Of a DNA stretch of 64,000 bases, positions 29,556-40,558 are shown in pieces. The first letter of the stretch is position 1. The number at the start of each line of letters is the position of its first letter. The notes beneath the pieces are model-generated. The model searched no databases. It was not told where the DNA came from and saw nothing but the letters and a program-made list of their open reading frames with translations. A program made the position numbers and the translations under genes. The stretch is from Eledone cirrhosa (Eukaryota), in assembly GCA_964016885.1 (NCBI GenBank), contig OZ024740.1, positions 5,952,001 through 6,016,000 of the forward strand, in the 5' to 3' direction.

Positions 29556-29910
29556 CAAAATACACCCCTCCCGCCGCCACCCCCACCCCATCCACACCAC
29601 CCCGTTCTATGTAAAGTTATGTTGGTGCCGCGCCATCCAGGCCGAAACAAATGAGATCGTGTAGGTGTCACGACAAAAAAACACACAGTCCACGCTGTAA
29701 TGTGGCCGTGTAGGCAACACGGTAAAAACCTCCCAGACCCACACTGTAAATGTGGTTGGTGTTAGGAAGGGCATCCAACTGTAGAAAACCTGCCAGACAG
29801 TCCTATGCGAGCAAGACAATCACTCTTGCCTCAAGTGGGACTACCCCCGTCCAAACCCATGCAAGCGTGGAACACGGACGTTAAACGTTGATGATGATGA
29901 TGATGATGAT
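27708..29910 (+). mobile_element. 5'-truncated RTE-clade non-LTR retrotransposon with 3' UTR and (GAT)n tail
   Basis: Open RT frame to the stop at 29555, then a 3' UTR ending in ttaaacgtt(gat)n. No APE endonuclease is present (5' truncation). Confidence 0.92.
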
Positions 29911-30007
29911 ATACATATATATATATATATGTATATATACACACATATATATATATATATATATGACAGTATTGTATGTATTTTTTGTGCATATATATTC
30001 ATGTATG

Positions 30008-30042
<35 letters not shown>

Positions 30043-30231
30043 TGCCATTGCAGAGGGTTTCAGTGTTATTTTCAATTTTATTTTTTGTTTCAAATTAGTT
30101 GTTCAACAATAAAGATTGCTATAAATAAAATATAGAATAAATTTGCCTCCCTTCCCACAAATTTACATTGTTAAGTGCTTTCTATTGCATGCCTGTGTAT
30201 ATAATGATAATATATACAACAATAAAACTAC

Positions 30232-30525
<294 letters not shown>

Positions 30526-30705
30526 ACACCTATAGAACGCAGACAGATATACACACAAATTGTAACTTGTTTCGCACTATATAGCTTCTAGTGAAAGACT
30601 GTGTACTGAACATTATCACTAATAAGATGGTACAATGGTTGTTTGTAAATAAATATTGGATCGTTTGAATGGAAGATATAGACTGTAGCTATTGTCAAAT
30701 CATGA

Positions 30706-31070
30706 TACAATGCAATTTGTAAAAAGAATAATTCTGTAGACAAAAACATAAGAAGTTACAATAATTTGCTGGACATATTCACCCATTATATTATAGAATA
30801 CAGGTGGAATGTTCTTGACAAAATTACTGTAACATTTAAGAACAACAGACCAGACATAATGATTTGGGACAGAAAAAAGTAATTGTTCACAGAATTGAAA
30901 ATCTGTTGCACATCAAATTTTGACAAAATACTAAGCATTTTATTATAATATTTCTCATGAAATATATCCTGTATGATTTTTAAATAATTTTGAAAATAAC
31001 AAAGAATTTGGAGTGATTTAGTAATATCAGTATAACTAACTTTCTCATTATTAAGCTGGTGTTTCAAATA
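30706..31070 (+). mobile_element. Degenerate RLE-type (R4/Dong/NeSL-like) non-LTR retrotransposon fragment
   Basis: In-frame YNAICKK...IEYRWNV...KNNRPDIMIWDRKK*LFTELKICC. NRPD-I-I-WD is the PD-(D/E)xK restriction-like endonuclease start. Downstream sequence is heavily decayed. Confidence 0.65.
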
Positions 31071-31250
31071 TATCAGACCTGGTGTACATGTTTCATGGGC
31101 ACACACTCATGCTTAGTTGTAAATATGTGTGTGTGTGTGTGTGTGTGTGTGACAGCTCACACCTATGCAGGTTTAGCTGGCCTCCTCCGAAGTATATCTC
31201 GTTGGAGGTGTCTTGGTTAATTTAATGATAGGGATCCCAGTCATATAATT

Positions 31251-31394
31251 TCATTTCTACAGCAGAGTAAACTGGAGCAACGTGAAATAAAGTGTCTTGC
31301 TCAAGGAAACAACACATCAACTGGTCCGAGAATTGAACTCACAACCTTTCGATTGCAATCCCAATGCTCTAACCACTAAGCCATGCACCTTCAC
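31251..31394 (-). mobile_element. tRNA-derived SINE head
   Basis: Minus strand shows A box TGGCTTAGTGG, B box GAGTTCAATTC, then a ccttgagcaagacacttt CORE-like segment. Confidence 0.8.
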
Positions 31395-31574
31395 AACATG
31401 TGTGATATGGATTGTCTATGTGGTCACTCGAACTGCTAAAAATAGCATCCTTAAATTCACATTATTCCATCTACATAACAAATATTCTTATATAAATTTA
31501 TGATTGAAGCCTTTAGAAAGATGTAAACACTTTAAAACAATTAGCTTAGAACCAGAAAACCAGTTGTTTATTGT

Positions 31575-31915
31575 TTTAATCGATGCTCACTCCGACTGTT
31601 GCAGACTGCACATCAACATTAGATATTCTTCTCCACAATGTTCAATCACCAACAGCAGAGTTTAAAGAGCAAAGGTCAAGTCCAGTCCATAAGTTGACAT
31701 CAAGCCAGCGTTTTGGCTGTCAACCTCTGCTTCTCTTACCAGCTAACTTTCCTTCTAGGCATAACTTACACCACGAGTTGATCTTTTGATATCACCATAC
31801 AGTTTAAGTACTCTTGACTTGGTAACTGATGCGATTGTTTTAAACTTGAGAATGCTGAGTTGTTTGTTAGTCACAAGTCTCATGATGTGGTTCTGGAATG
31901 TAGAGAGATTCTGAA
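31575..31915 (-). mobile_element. Degenerate 3' fragment of a second RTE (BovB-like) LINE
   Basis: Minus-strand translation gives KSRVLKLYGDIKR...CLEGKLAGKRSRG*QPKRWLD..LWTG...D*TLWRR, the RTE C-terminal consensus. Confidence 0.75.
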
Positions 31916-31964
31916 GTGACTTTATTATCCAGGGGTGGTTTCTGGTAATTTGGTACTAGAAGGA

Positions 31965-32120
31965 TTAAAAATAAGTGAAAAACGAAACAACTATGCTGAA
32001 CTAATGAAAAGCTTCTACCAGGACTAGAGTTTCAGATTTATACCGGTAATAACTGGAGCACTTGCTCATGTAACTAATTGCCTCAGTACCAATCATGATA
32101 AGCTGGGCTTTACTAAGCCT
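31965..32120 (+). mobile_element. RLE endonuclease C-terminal fragment of a non-LTR element
   Basis: LKISEKRNNYAELM...FRFIPVITGALAHV...KLGF resembles the K..KY..L / P...GALG motifs of RLE LINEs. Confidence 0.65.
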
Positions 32121-32122
32121 AG

Positions 32123-32139
32123 TTAGGGTTAGGGTTAGG
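32123..32139 (+). repeat. Short interstitial telomere-like repeat (TTAGGG)2 TTAGG
   Basis: ttagggttagggttagg read directly. Confidence 0.7.
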
Positions 32140-32269
32140 AAATTTCACAGACTCACATATATGTATTTACTTAGTTGATGTTGTCTAAATTCCAATGAAA
32201 GAGATTTGTTTTTATGTTAGGAACTGGCTCTCTATTGGTGAACATTTATAAAATAATAAAACCAGAAGA

Positions 32270-33125
<856 letters not shown>

Positions 33126-33242
33126 CAGACAGTCCTATGCGATCAAGACAACCACTCTTGCCTCAAGTGGGACTACCCCCGTCCAAACCCATGCAAGCGT
33201 GGAACACGGACGTTAAACGTTGATGGTGATGATGATGATGAT
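33126..33242 (+). mobile_element. Severely 5'-truncated copy of the RTE 3' end
   Basis: Near-identical to 29793-29910 (ccagacagtcctatgcga...ggacgttaaacgttgat(gat)n). Confidence 0.93.
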
Positions 33243-33341
33243 ATATGTGTGTGTCTGATATAGAATGGATGTAGGTTTGTTGGGATAATACATGTCACAG
33301 TTGTTTGACCAATGACACAACCAGATAATGATATCAATATG

Positions 33342-33525
33342 CAGTCTAGTTCTCAGGGAGATTCAGTGTAACACAGTGTGTGACAAGGCTGGCTTTTAGA
33401 ATTATAGATACAGTCTAGTTCTCAGGGAGATTCAGTGTAACACAGTGTGTGGCAAAGGCTGGCTTTTAGCATTATAGATACAGTCTAGTTCTCAGGGAGA
33501 TTCAGTGTAGCAGAGTGTGTGACAA
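33342..33525. repeat. 69-70-bp tandem repeat, about 2.6 copies
   Basis: cagtctagttctcagggagattcagtgta starts at 33342, 33411 and 33481. Confidence 0.92.
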
Positions 33526-33596
33526 GTCCCATCTGATAAACATCCAAACAGTTCTGTCAACTGAATATCACTCATAATGCTTGGGTTGACACTAAA

Positions 33597-34020
33597 CCAT
33601 GGCACAATGGCACAACATGGCACAGCGGAACAACATGGTTCAACATGGTACAGTGGTACAACATGGTACAGTGGCACAACATGACACAGTGGTACAACAT
33701 GGTACAACATGGTACAGTGGCACAGTGGCACACCATGGTACAGTGCTACAACATGGTACAGTGGCACAACATGGCACAGTGGTACAACATGGTACAACAT
33801 GGTACAGTGAAACAACATGGTACAGTGGCACAACATGGCACAGTGGCACAACATGGCACAGTGGTTCAACATAGTACAGTGGCACAAAATGGTACAGTGG
33901 TACAACATGGCACAGTAGCACAACATGGCTCAGTGGTACAACATAGCACAGTGGCACAACATGGTACAGTGGTACAACATGGTACAGTGGCACAAAATGG
34001 TACAGTGGTACAACATGGCA
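33597..34020. repeat. 18-bp minisatellite (CAACATGGYACAGTGGYA) built from 9-10-bp halves
   Basis: Read directly. It produces the spurious VQHGTV / HVVPLY ORFs. Confidence 0.92.
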
Positions 34021-34195
34021 GTATCGGTAGAGGGTCGGACGCCATGCTTTGACGCATAGAGTTACGGCCCTTGCCATTCTGAGTTCAAATCCCGCCAAGG
34101 TTAACTTTGCCTTTCATCCTTACGGGGTCGATAAAATAAAGTACCAGTAATGCACTGGGTAATTGCTGGCTTTGTGCCTAATGTAGAAACAATTA
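34015..34195 (+). mobile_element. tRNA-derived SINE
   Basis: A-box-like tggcagtatcgg, B box gagttcaaatcc, conserved-domain-like gcctttcatccttacggggtcgataaaataaagtaccag. Confidence 0.75.
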
Positions 34196-34265
34196 TATGA
34201 TAAAATAAAATGACAGAGATGAAATAAATTTATGGAGAGAAATATAAAGATAAAGAGTGAAAAAT

Positions 34266-36297
34266 GTATATACCATGACCCTTAATACATACAACAATTT
34301 TATACGCCGGGAATTACATAAAAAATACAAGAATACTACAGAGTCTACACTCAAAAGCATTAACAAGGAAGGTCTTAACATAGTTAAACAACTTAAAATA
34401 TCCGATAGAACAGAACCTCTAACCCCTTGTACATCCACTTTTAATCTTAAGGATCATAAATGTAACTTCGAAACTAACCCTATTAGATTAATATGTCCAT
34501 CAAAATCAGATATAGGCAGAATTAGCAAGTTTATACTAGATAGAATACCACAAATTAAAGAACAACTAATAATCAAGCTCTGGGATAACACGAATGAAGC
34601 AATAGATTGGTTTAATAAATTAGACAATAGAGAATCTTCCGACTCTATACAATTTGAGATAAATGACTACTACTCTTCTATTTCCCCAGTTACCGTAAAT
34701 AAGGCACTATCCTTTGCACAAAAAAACTCTGACCTTTCACCAGATGAAATTAAAATAATACTAGCTGCTAGAAGAACAATCATTAAATTCGACAATAGTT
34801 ACTGGGAGCGAAAAAATAGACAGAATAACTTCGATATAACTATGGGATCAAATGATTCAGCCCAAATTACAGACATTGTTGGAATTTATATAGCACATTT
34901 CTTTCATAGGGAATTTGATAACCTACAAGGAGGAATCTATAGAGACGATGCACTACTTTTAGCTAAAAACTTAAATAATCAAAACTTAGAAAGATTAAGG
35001 AAAAAGATTAGAAAATTCTTGAATAATTTAGACCTTAACATCACTTTTGAACCCAACTCTAAAAAAGTTAACTTCTTAGATGTATCGCTCAACCTTAACT
35101 CGGGACTAATAGAACCCTTCCATAAAAATAATGAACATTTAGCTTATATTGATTATAACTTTAATCACCCTCGATCGATAATTAACTCCATAGCACATAG
35201 TACATTCCTTAGAATCTCGCGCCTATCTTCTAACATAGATATTTTTAATGAACACGCTAACTACTACAACATAGCCTTACTTAAGGCAGGCTATAAAGAG
35301 AGACTCAAATACATACCAGATACAAAAAATAACAACACATTTAATATTAATAGCACCATCCACACCTATAGTAACAACAAACCTTGGACTAAACATACAA
35401 ATTGACAACAAGCACGTAAATTAAAGGAACAGAATACTAATACAAAGACCACTAATAACTATAGAAGATGCAGAAATAGAAACTACTTATGGTTCAATTC
35501 TATGTTTAACTCCTCTATAAAAACTAAGCTACTTTACACTTTCTTCAAATTAGTTGACAAACATTTCCCTAAAATTCATAAATATCATAAAATCTTTAAT
35601 AGAAAAACTATCAAACTATCATACTCCACTGTCAACAACATAGAATCGCACATACATAAAATTAACTATAAAAGAATTTATAATACAAGTGGCCCGCAAA
35701 TAAGTACCATAAGACCTAATACAAGATATAAGCATATAACATCATCACAACCAAACACACGTCAGAGCACATCACCACAATACACCAACAAACCCAATTC
35801 TCAACCAATACATAGCAACCTACAAAACCATATAGAAGAGCAGGCGCATAGAAAAGCATCTAAATGTAACTGCCATCTACCTGACACATGCCCTTTACAA
35901 AATAGATCCCTAGAGACAAATATAGTATACCTACGTACTATAAATGCAGGTTCTTAGCATGGCATTACATTGGTTCCACAGCTGGAGAGTTTAAGAAAAG
36001 GTGGTACGTACATAGACACTCTATGACTAACAGAAATCTCTCAAAGACAACGACTCTCGCCAATAAAATCTAGCAACTCAAAGATGCAAACATGGAATAT
36101 AAAATCAGCTAGATAAAGCTATCAAAAGCAAAGGCCTATCAAATTGGTATATCCCACTGTGGTGTCTGTAATATGGAACTTTTCCAAATTTTAAATTACA
36201 ACAAAATTCTTCTTAACAGTAAAATTGAGAAAACTATTTTTGTTGACATAAATCGGCGACTAAATTTGAGAAATTTAGACCAGCTTAATTCCATCTG
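34266..36297 (+). pseudogene. PLE RT + GIY-YIG ORF, disrupted
   Basis: RT motifs RLICPSKSDIGRISK, FEINDYYSSIS, FDITMGS, GIYRDD, NFLDVSLNL and NHP. One in-frame TGA at 35403 joins ORFs 34257 and 35502 in the same frame. Then RNYLWFN, CNCHLPDTCP, NIVY, a frameshift at about 35955, YIGSTAGEFKKRWYVH, CGVC..E and LLN, with further TAG stops. Confidence 0.88.
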
Positions 36298-36602
36298 ATC
36301 TATTCCATAACCCAGATTGTACCACTTGGATCTATTATGATATCACATTATCAACATCATCATCATTATAATTATAATTATAATTGTCATCATCTATCAA
36401 AGAACAACATCAAAACCTCTTATATTTACATTCTTATTTTATATATCTCTATTTTTCAATCTTTATCTTTATATTTCTCTCCCTAAATTTATTTCATCTC
36501 TGTCATTTTATTTTATATAACATAACTTAACACTAATTAATTAATTTATTTATTAAAATAACCAATACACATAAATATATTTAACATTATCATATTTTCA
36601 CC

Positions 36603-36670
36603 TTGGGTTGTTAATTCACTGGGGAACTGGAGTCATATGACTCCAGTTCCCCAGTGAATTAACAACCCAA
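36603..36670. repeat. 68-bp perfect palindrome (34-bp arms, no loop)
   Basis: ttgggttgttaattcactggggaactggagtcat|atgactccagttccccagtgaattaacaacccaa. Confidence 0.97.
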
Positions 36671-36751
36671 CAAGGAACTGGGCATATCAGAGTATTGACA
36701 ATATCATACACCTAAACAACATATGTACTTGTCTATACCATACTAATTCAA

Positions 36752-36806
36752 ACTGCCTGAAGAGGTCACAGCCAAAGATGGCTGTCACTGAAATATATAT
36801 AGCAGT
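36752..36806 (+). ncRNA. Minimal type I hammerhead ribozyme motif
   Basis: Stem I ACTGC/GCAGT, core CTGAAGA (36757-63), stem II GGTCACAGCCA-AAGA-TGGCTGTCACT, GAAA (36790-93), palindromic stem III TATATATA, predicted AUA cleavage after 36801. Confidence 0.85.
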
Positions 36807-36812
36807 AATAAA
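36807..36812 (+). promoter_or_regulatory. Putative polyadenylation signal AATAAA directly after the hammerhead
   Basis: Sequence gcagtAATAAAc. The position is plausible for a PLE pseudo-LTR, but the region is AT-rich. Confidence 0.5.
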
Positions 36813-36952
36813 CGAAGCTAAATTTTAATCATTTGACTTTTATTTAACTTTATTTTACACTACTCCGGAGTAACCAAACCAACCTGCGCACTTCGTCGAG
36901 TGCTCCAGCCTGCATACTGAGGTGTTGGTATACAACCAACATAAACTCAAAA

Positions 36953-36954
<2 letters not shown>

Positions 36955-37001
<47 letters not shown>

Positions 37002-37085
37002 CTATTTATGTGTGTATATATATATTGATACACATATATATATGTGCGCATATATATATATATATACACATCTATATATGTATAT

Positions 37086-37146
<61 letters not shown>

Positions 37147-37152
37147 TAGATG

Positions 37153-37184
<32 letters not shown>

Positions 37185-37240
37185 GATGTGTGTATATATT
37201 TTATTTATATATATACACACATATATAGATGTGTGTATAT
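36955..37240. repeat. (TA)n/(CA)n/(TG)n compound microsatellite, continuing at 37852-37988
   Basis: Read directly. The motif cacatatatagatgtgtg recurs on both sides of the 37241-37851 insert. Confidence 0.93.
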
Positions 37241-37851
37241 GGTGGCTGCCAACTCGTTTTCGAGTATGGCCACTACTTTATATCCATGTAGGAGAACTCC
37301 TACCGATGCGCTGAACGAGTGTGACTTTTTAGTCCAGCCAGCGACTTGAAAACTCTGGTACAAACACTACACTTGTGACAATTATTGACACACAGCGCTG
37401 GGCCCATGGTACCATGTGATGACAAATGCAGAGAGATCTCCAGATATAAAGCAATGCCTGTGCCGTGAAGCTTTTATAGTGAGCAAAGGCACTGCACAAA
37501 GCCAGTCCCACTCTCTTAACCAAGATGATATTTACCAAAAAGAAGAACAAGTCAACATCATTGGATACCATCAGAGTTGCAGGTGTTATATCAGAGTTTT
37601 CCTTCTCCTAGAATTCTGCCTTGACAAAGGTTAAGGAGTCATCTCTCCCGGTGATTTTGGATGGCCACTGACTCTTAAGAGCTCCTTTGCCCTTTGACAG
37701 GTTTTGTTTTTAGTCCTGCAGGATGTCCAAAGTCACCCTCCTCACCAAGAAACCTTGGTGGGGTTGCCAGTTTAGTCGCCAACGACCCGACCATGAGACA
37801 GGTTGTACTGGGATACATGTTACCAGTAGCACCAACTGGTGACCTGACATA
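37241..37851 (-). mobile_element. 611-bp non-coding insertion with an RTE 5'-UTR-like motif and putative 14-bp TSD
   Basis: Higher-GC block flanked by agatgtgtgtatat (37227-37240 and 37852-37865). The minus strand has ctaggagaaggaaaactctga, a motif I recall from RTE 5' UTRs (not verified). No recognisable ORF. Confidence 0.55.
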
Positions 37852-37929
37852 AGATGTGTGTATATACTTATATATATACACACATATATAGATGTGTGTG
37901 TATATATATATATACACACACATATATAG

Positions 37930-37970
<41 letters not shown>

Positions 37971-37990
37971 TAGATGTGTAAATATATAGT

Positions 37991-38434
37991 TGTTGCAACC
38001 GGATACATTCGGACTTACCTTGCGTCTTCGATTCAGTTTGGGCAGACTTGTTCCACCGTCCACATGTGGTATGTCTGACTTTGGTGTATCAGAGCCTCTT
38101 GTAATCTTACTTCACACTACATGTCTCCACTCAACACTAACTAGCTAGAGATGCAGTCTCACTTCATACCACATGTCATCATCATCATCATTTAACGTCT
38201 ATCTTCCACGCTAGCATGGGTTTAGACGGGAATTGTCCCACTTGAGGCAAGATTGGTTGTCTCGTTCGTATGGGACTGTCTGGCAGGTTTTCTACGGATG
38301 GATGCCCTTCCTAACACCAACCACGTTTACAGTGTGGACTGGGAGGTTTTTACCGTGTTACCTACAAGATCACTTGTCCTGCCACTTCTGGTAATGCGTC
38401 CCCAAACTTCCGACAATCTCCCCCATGGCACACA
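37991..38434 (-). mobile_element. Putative 3' LTR of the Gypsy element (TG...CA), interrupted by an RTE tail
   Basis: The minus strand reads PPT-like ggggcggggg, then TGTGTG at 38434, and ends ...gcaaCA at 37991. No second LTR is in the window to confirm this. Confidence 0.5.
38176..38367 (-). mobile_element. RTE 3'-end copy nested in the putative LTR
   Basis: Reverse complement of about 29709-29905, including the (CAT)n tail, moderately diverged. Confidence 0.9.
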
Positions 38435-38474
38435 CCCCCGCCCCGATCTCAAGGATCAACCCCCCCCCCTGTCA

Positions 38475-39642
38475 CATTGTTCCATGACAAAATCTACCAT
38501 CCACCTGGGTGGTCAGCGGTTCCGTTGCGATCTCCGCACTGTTGGGACAGTGCTTTCGTTTTCCTCTTCCTTGGAGTCTGTCACAACAACGACTCTACAG
38601 ATGTCCAAGATGGGAGATGGCATTCCGTCCACAGACATGTTGTTTTGGGAATGTATGGCCATTACTGTTCCCTTTCTCCATTGAGATGTGCAACGCGGGG
38701 GCTTGACTCAGACCTTTTCGCCCACTTGTACGAATGCTTTCTCTCTCTCCACCGGCTGCTGTGGTACAGTGCAAGGGTGTCGCCATTCGTATCTGTATAT
38801 TGGCCTGTGTGGCACCGACTCCTCGGTCTGTGCCACTGAGAAGACATGTACCAAAACACTGCTTCCATTGGTGAAATGTGCCCCCTTGATTGTGTGATGA
38901 TGTCTCTCCACAATCCCATTTCCGCTCGGTCTGTATGCCGCTCTGAAGAAGCGGTTCACCTTCCACATATCAGGCATCTCCCTCAGCACCTCCAAACGAA
39001 ATGCTGTGCTGTTGTCCATCAGCAGTTCATCTACAGGGCCACGCTCCAAGAATATCTCTCTCAGCATCCATGCGAGTTCCTCTGCAGTCCCCGTCTTCAT
39101 TTCGCTCCATATCGCCATCCATCCCGGCCCACAATCAGCCATCGAGAGATACGTCCCTTGTCGGTAGTGTGTCACGTCCATTGCCAATCACTTCCAGTTG
39201 TGCTCCACCGAGATGCTTCCTGTCTCATGCACATCCGGGGCAGGGTCGATAGACTGGCATCTGTCGCAACCTCCACCACTCTCTGGACACTCTGTTGGAG
39301 TTGATTCTTCTGGCTTGGAACAGGGTTCTATCCACTCCCATGTGGTGCATGGCCTGTAATCCCCTCAGCTCGGAGGCACTCAGCCGACACATTGCAGCTA
39401 TCCCATTTTCTGCATCCTCTGGCACTTCTAGCCAGGCTTTCTTCACACTGGTTAAAATGTCTGCCCTATTTTTCTCTGAGGGTATGAAGACTACATTCAA
39501 CTCCAGGCCGAATTTGGTGGACAGCTCTCCCAGAGTTCCCAGGTAACACTTTATCAGCATTTCTGCTGCCCCTCTTCTCACTGGTAAAGCACTGATCTCA
39601 CCCATCTGAGTACAGTGGCCAGGTCAGTGCGAATCTCTATAG
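38475..39642 (-). mobile_element. Ty3/Gypsy pol relic (RNase H end + integrase)
   Basis: IRTD, IPSEKNRADILT (RNase H), HHMGVDRT...CDRCQ (HHCC), AMDVTHY, LLMDNSTAF, YRPSGNGIVER (DD35E), terminal RRSQRNR*PPRW. The RH-before-INT order indicates Gypsy. Frameshifts are present. Confidence 0.88.
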
Positions 39643-39888
39643 TGTTGTTGTTAGTGTTGTTGTCACTGTTGTTGTAACTGTTGTTGTTGTTACTGTTGTT
39701 GTTATTGTTGTTGTTAATGTTGTTGTTACTGTTGTTATTGTTACTGTTGTTGTTGTTGTTGTCACTGTTGTTGTAAACTGTTGTTGTTACTGCTGTTATC
39801 ACTGTTGTTGTTAATGTTGTTGTTGTTGTTGTTGTCACTGATGTTGTTGTTACTGCTGTTGTTGTTACTGTTGTTGTTGTTACTATTA
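39643..39888. repeat. Degenerate (GTT)n trinucleotide repeat
   Basis: Read directly. Confidence 0.92.
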
Positions 39889-40009
39889 TATTTGCCAATT
39901 CTGTGGCTATCAGTGACATGACATATTCTTCAACCTTTTTCTATATATTGTTTAAGAATAACATTGTTACTGAGGCACGGGGGGGGGGGGGGGTTTAGAA
40001 AATGGCTGA

Positions 40010-40462
40010 TCTCCCTCTCTCTCTCTTAGTCTTAACTCTTTCTCTTTGTCTCTGATTCTTTTTTTCTCACAGTCTCTACCCCTTCTCTCTCTATCTATCT
40101 ATCTATCTATCTATCTATTTCTATCTCTCTTTGTCTCAAACGCTCTTTGACTTTATCTCTCCAACTCTCTCTCTCCCTCACCCCTCTCTATGTATGTCTC
40201 TCTTTCTCTCTATTTCTCCGACTCTCTCTCCATCACCGTCTCTATGTCTCTCTCTCTTTCTCTCTATCTCTCCGACTCTCTCTCTCCATCACCCTCTCTA
40301 TCTCTCTCTATTTCTCTCTATCTCTCCGACTCTCTCTCTCCCTCACCCTCTTTAACTCTCTCTCTTTCTCATTATCTCTCCGACTCTCTCTCTCCCTCAC
40401 CCTCTCTATCTCTCTCTCTTTCTATCTATCTACACCTCTCTCCTTCACCCCTCCCTCTGCTC
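40010..40462. repeat. CT-rich polypyrimidine tract with (CTAT)n and a recurring ~60-bp unit (ctccgactctctct...tcacc)
   Basis: The tctccgactctc motif recurs at about 40215, 40270, 40325 and 40378. Confidence 0.85.
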
Positions 40463-40558
40463 CACCTAAACCTAGTTATGTCTAAGAAACTGAACTATAT
40501 ACAATTATTTGCTAATAATATATTTAAATATATTTAAATATATTAAACCTTCAATGAT

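Larger units (their letters stand above)
34200..36954 (+). mobile_element. Penelope-like retroelement (C-terminal GIY-YIG EN; Hydra-clade-like), 5'-truncated with an inverted 3' segment
   Basis: RT-linker-EN order, 66-bp inverted copy at the 5' end, hammerhead motif plus AATAAA in the 3' region, ends at (TA)n. Confidence 0.88.

Noticed and set aside
31310-31394. tRNA gene
   Set aside because: A and B boxes run into a SINE core without a complete cloverleaf. The same applies to 34015-34095.
35403-35405. In-frame TGA as selenocysteine (as reported for Naiad PLEs)
   Set aside because: It lies in a low-complexity linker rather than at a conserved Cys. The copy also has TAG stops and frameshifts, so decay is the simpler explanation. 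No SECIS was recognised.
37760-37851. HDV-like or twister ribozyme at the 5' end of the 611-bp element
   Set aside because: A P4/J4-2/P2-like part (gtcg-ttgg-cgac-taa-actgg) is present, but no valid P1/L3 or twister L4 consensus could be fitted.
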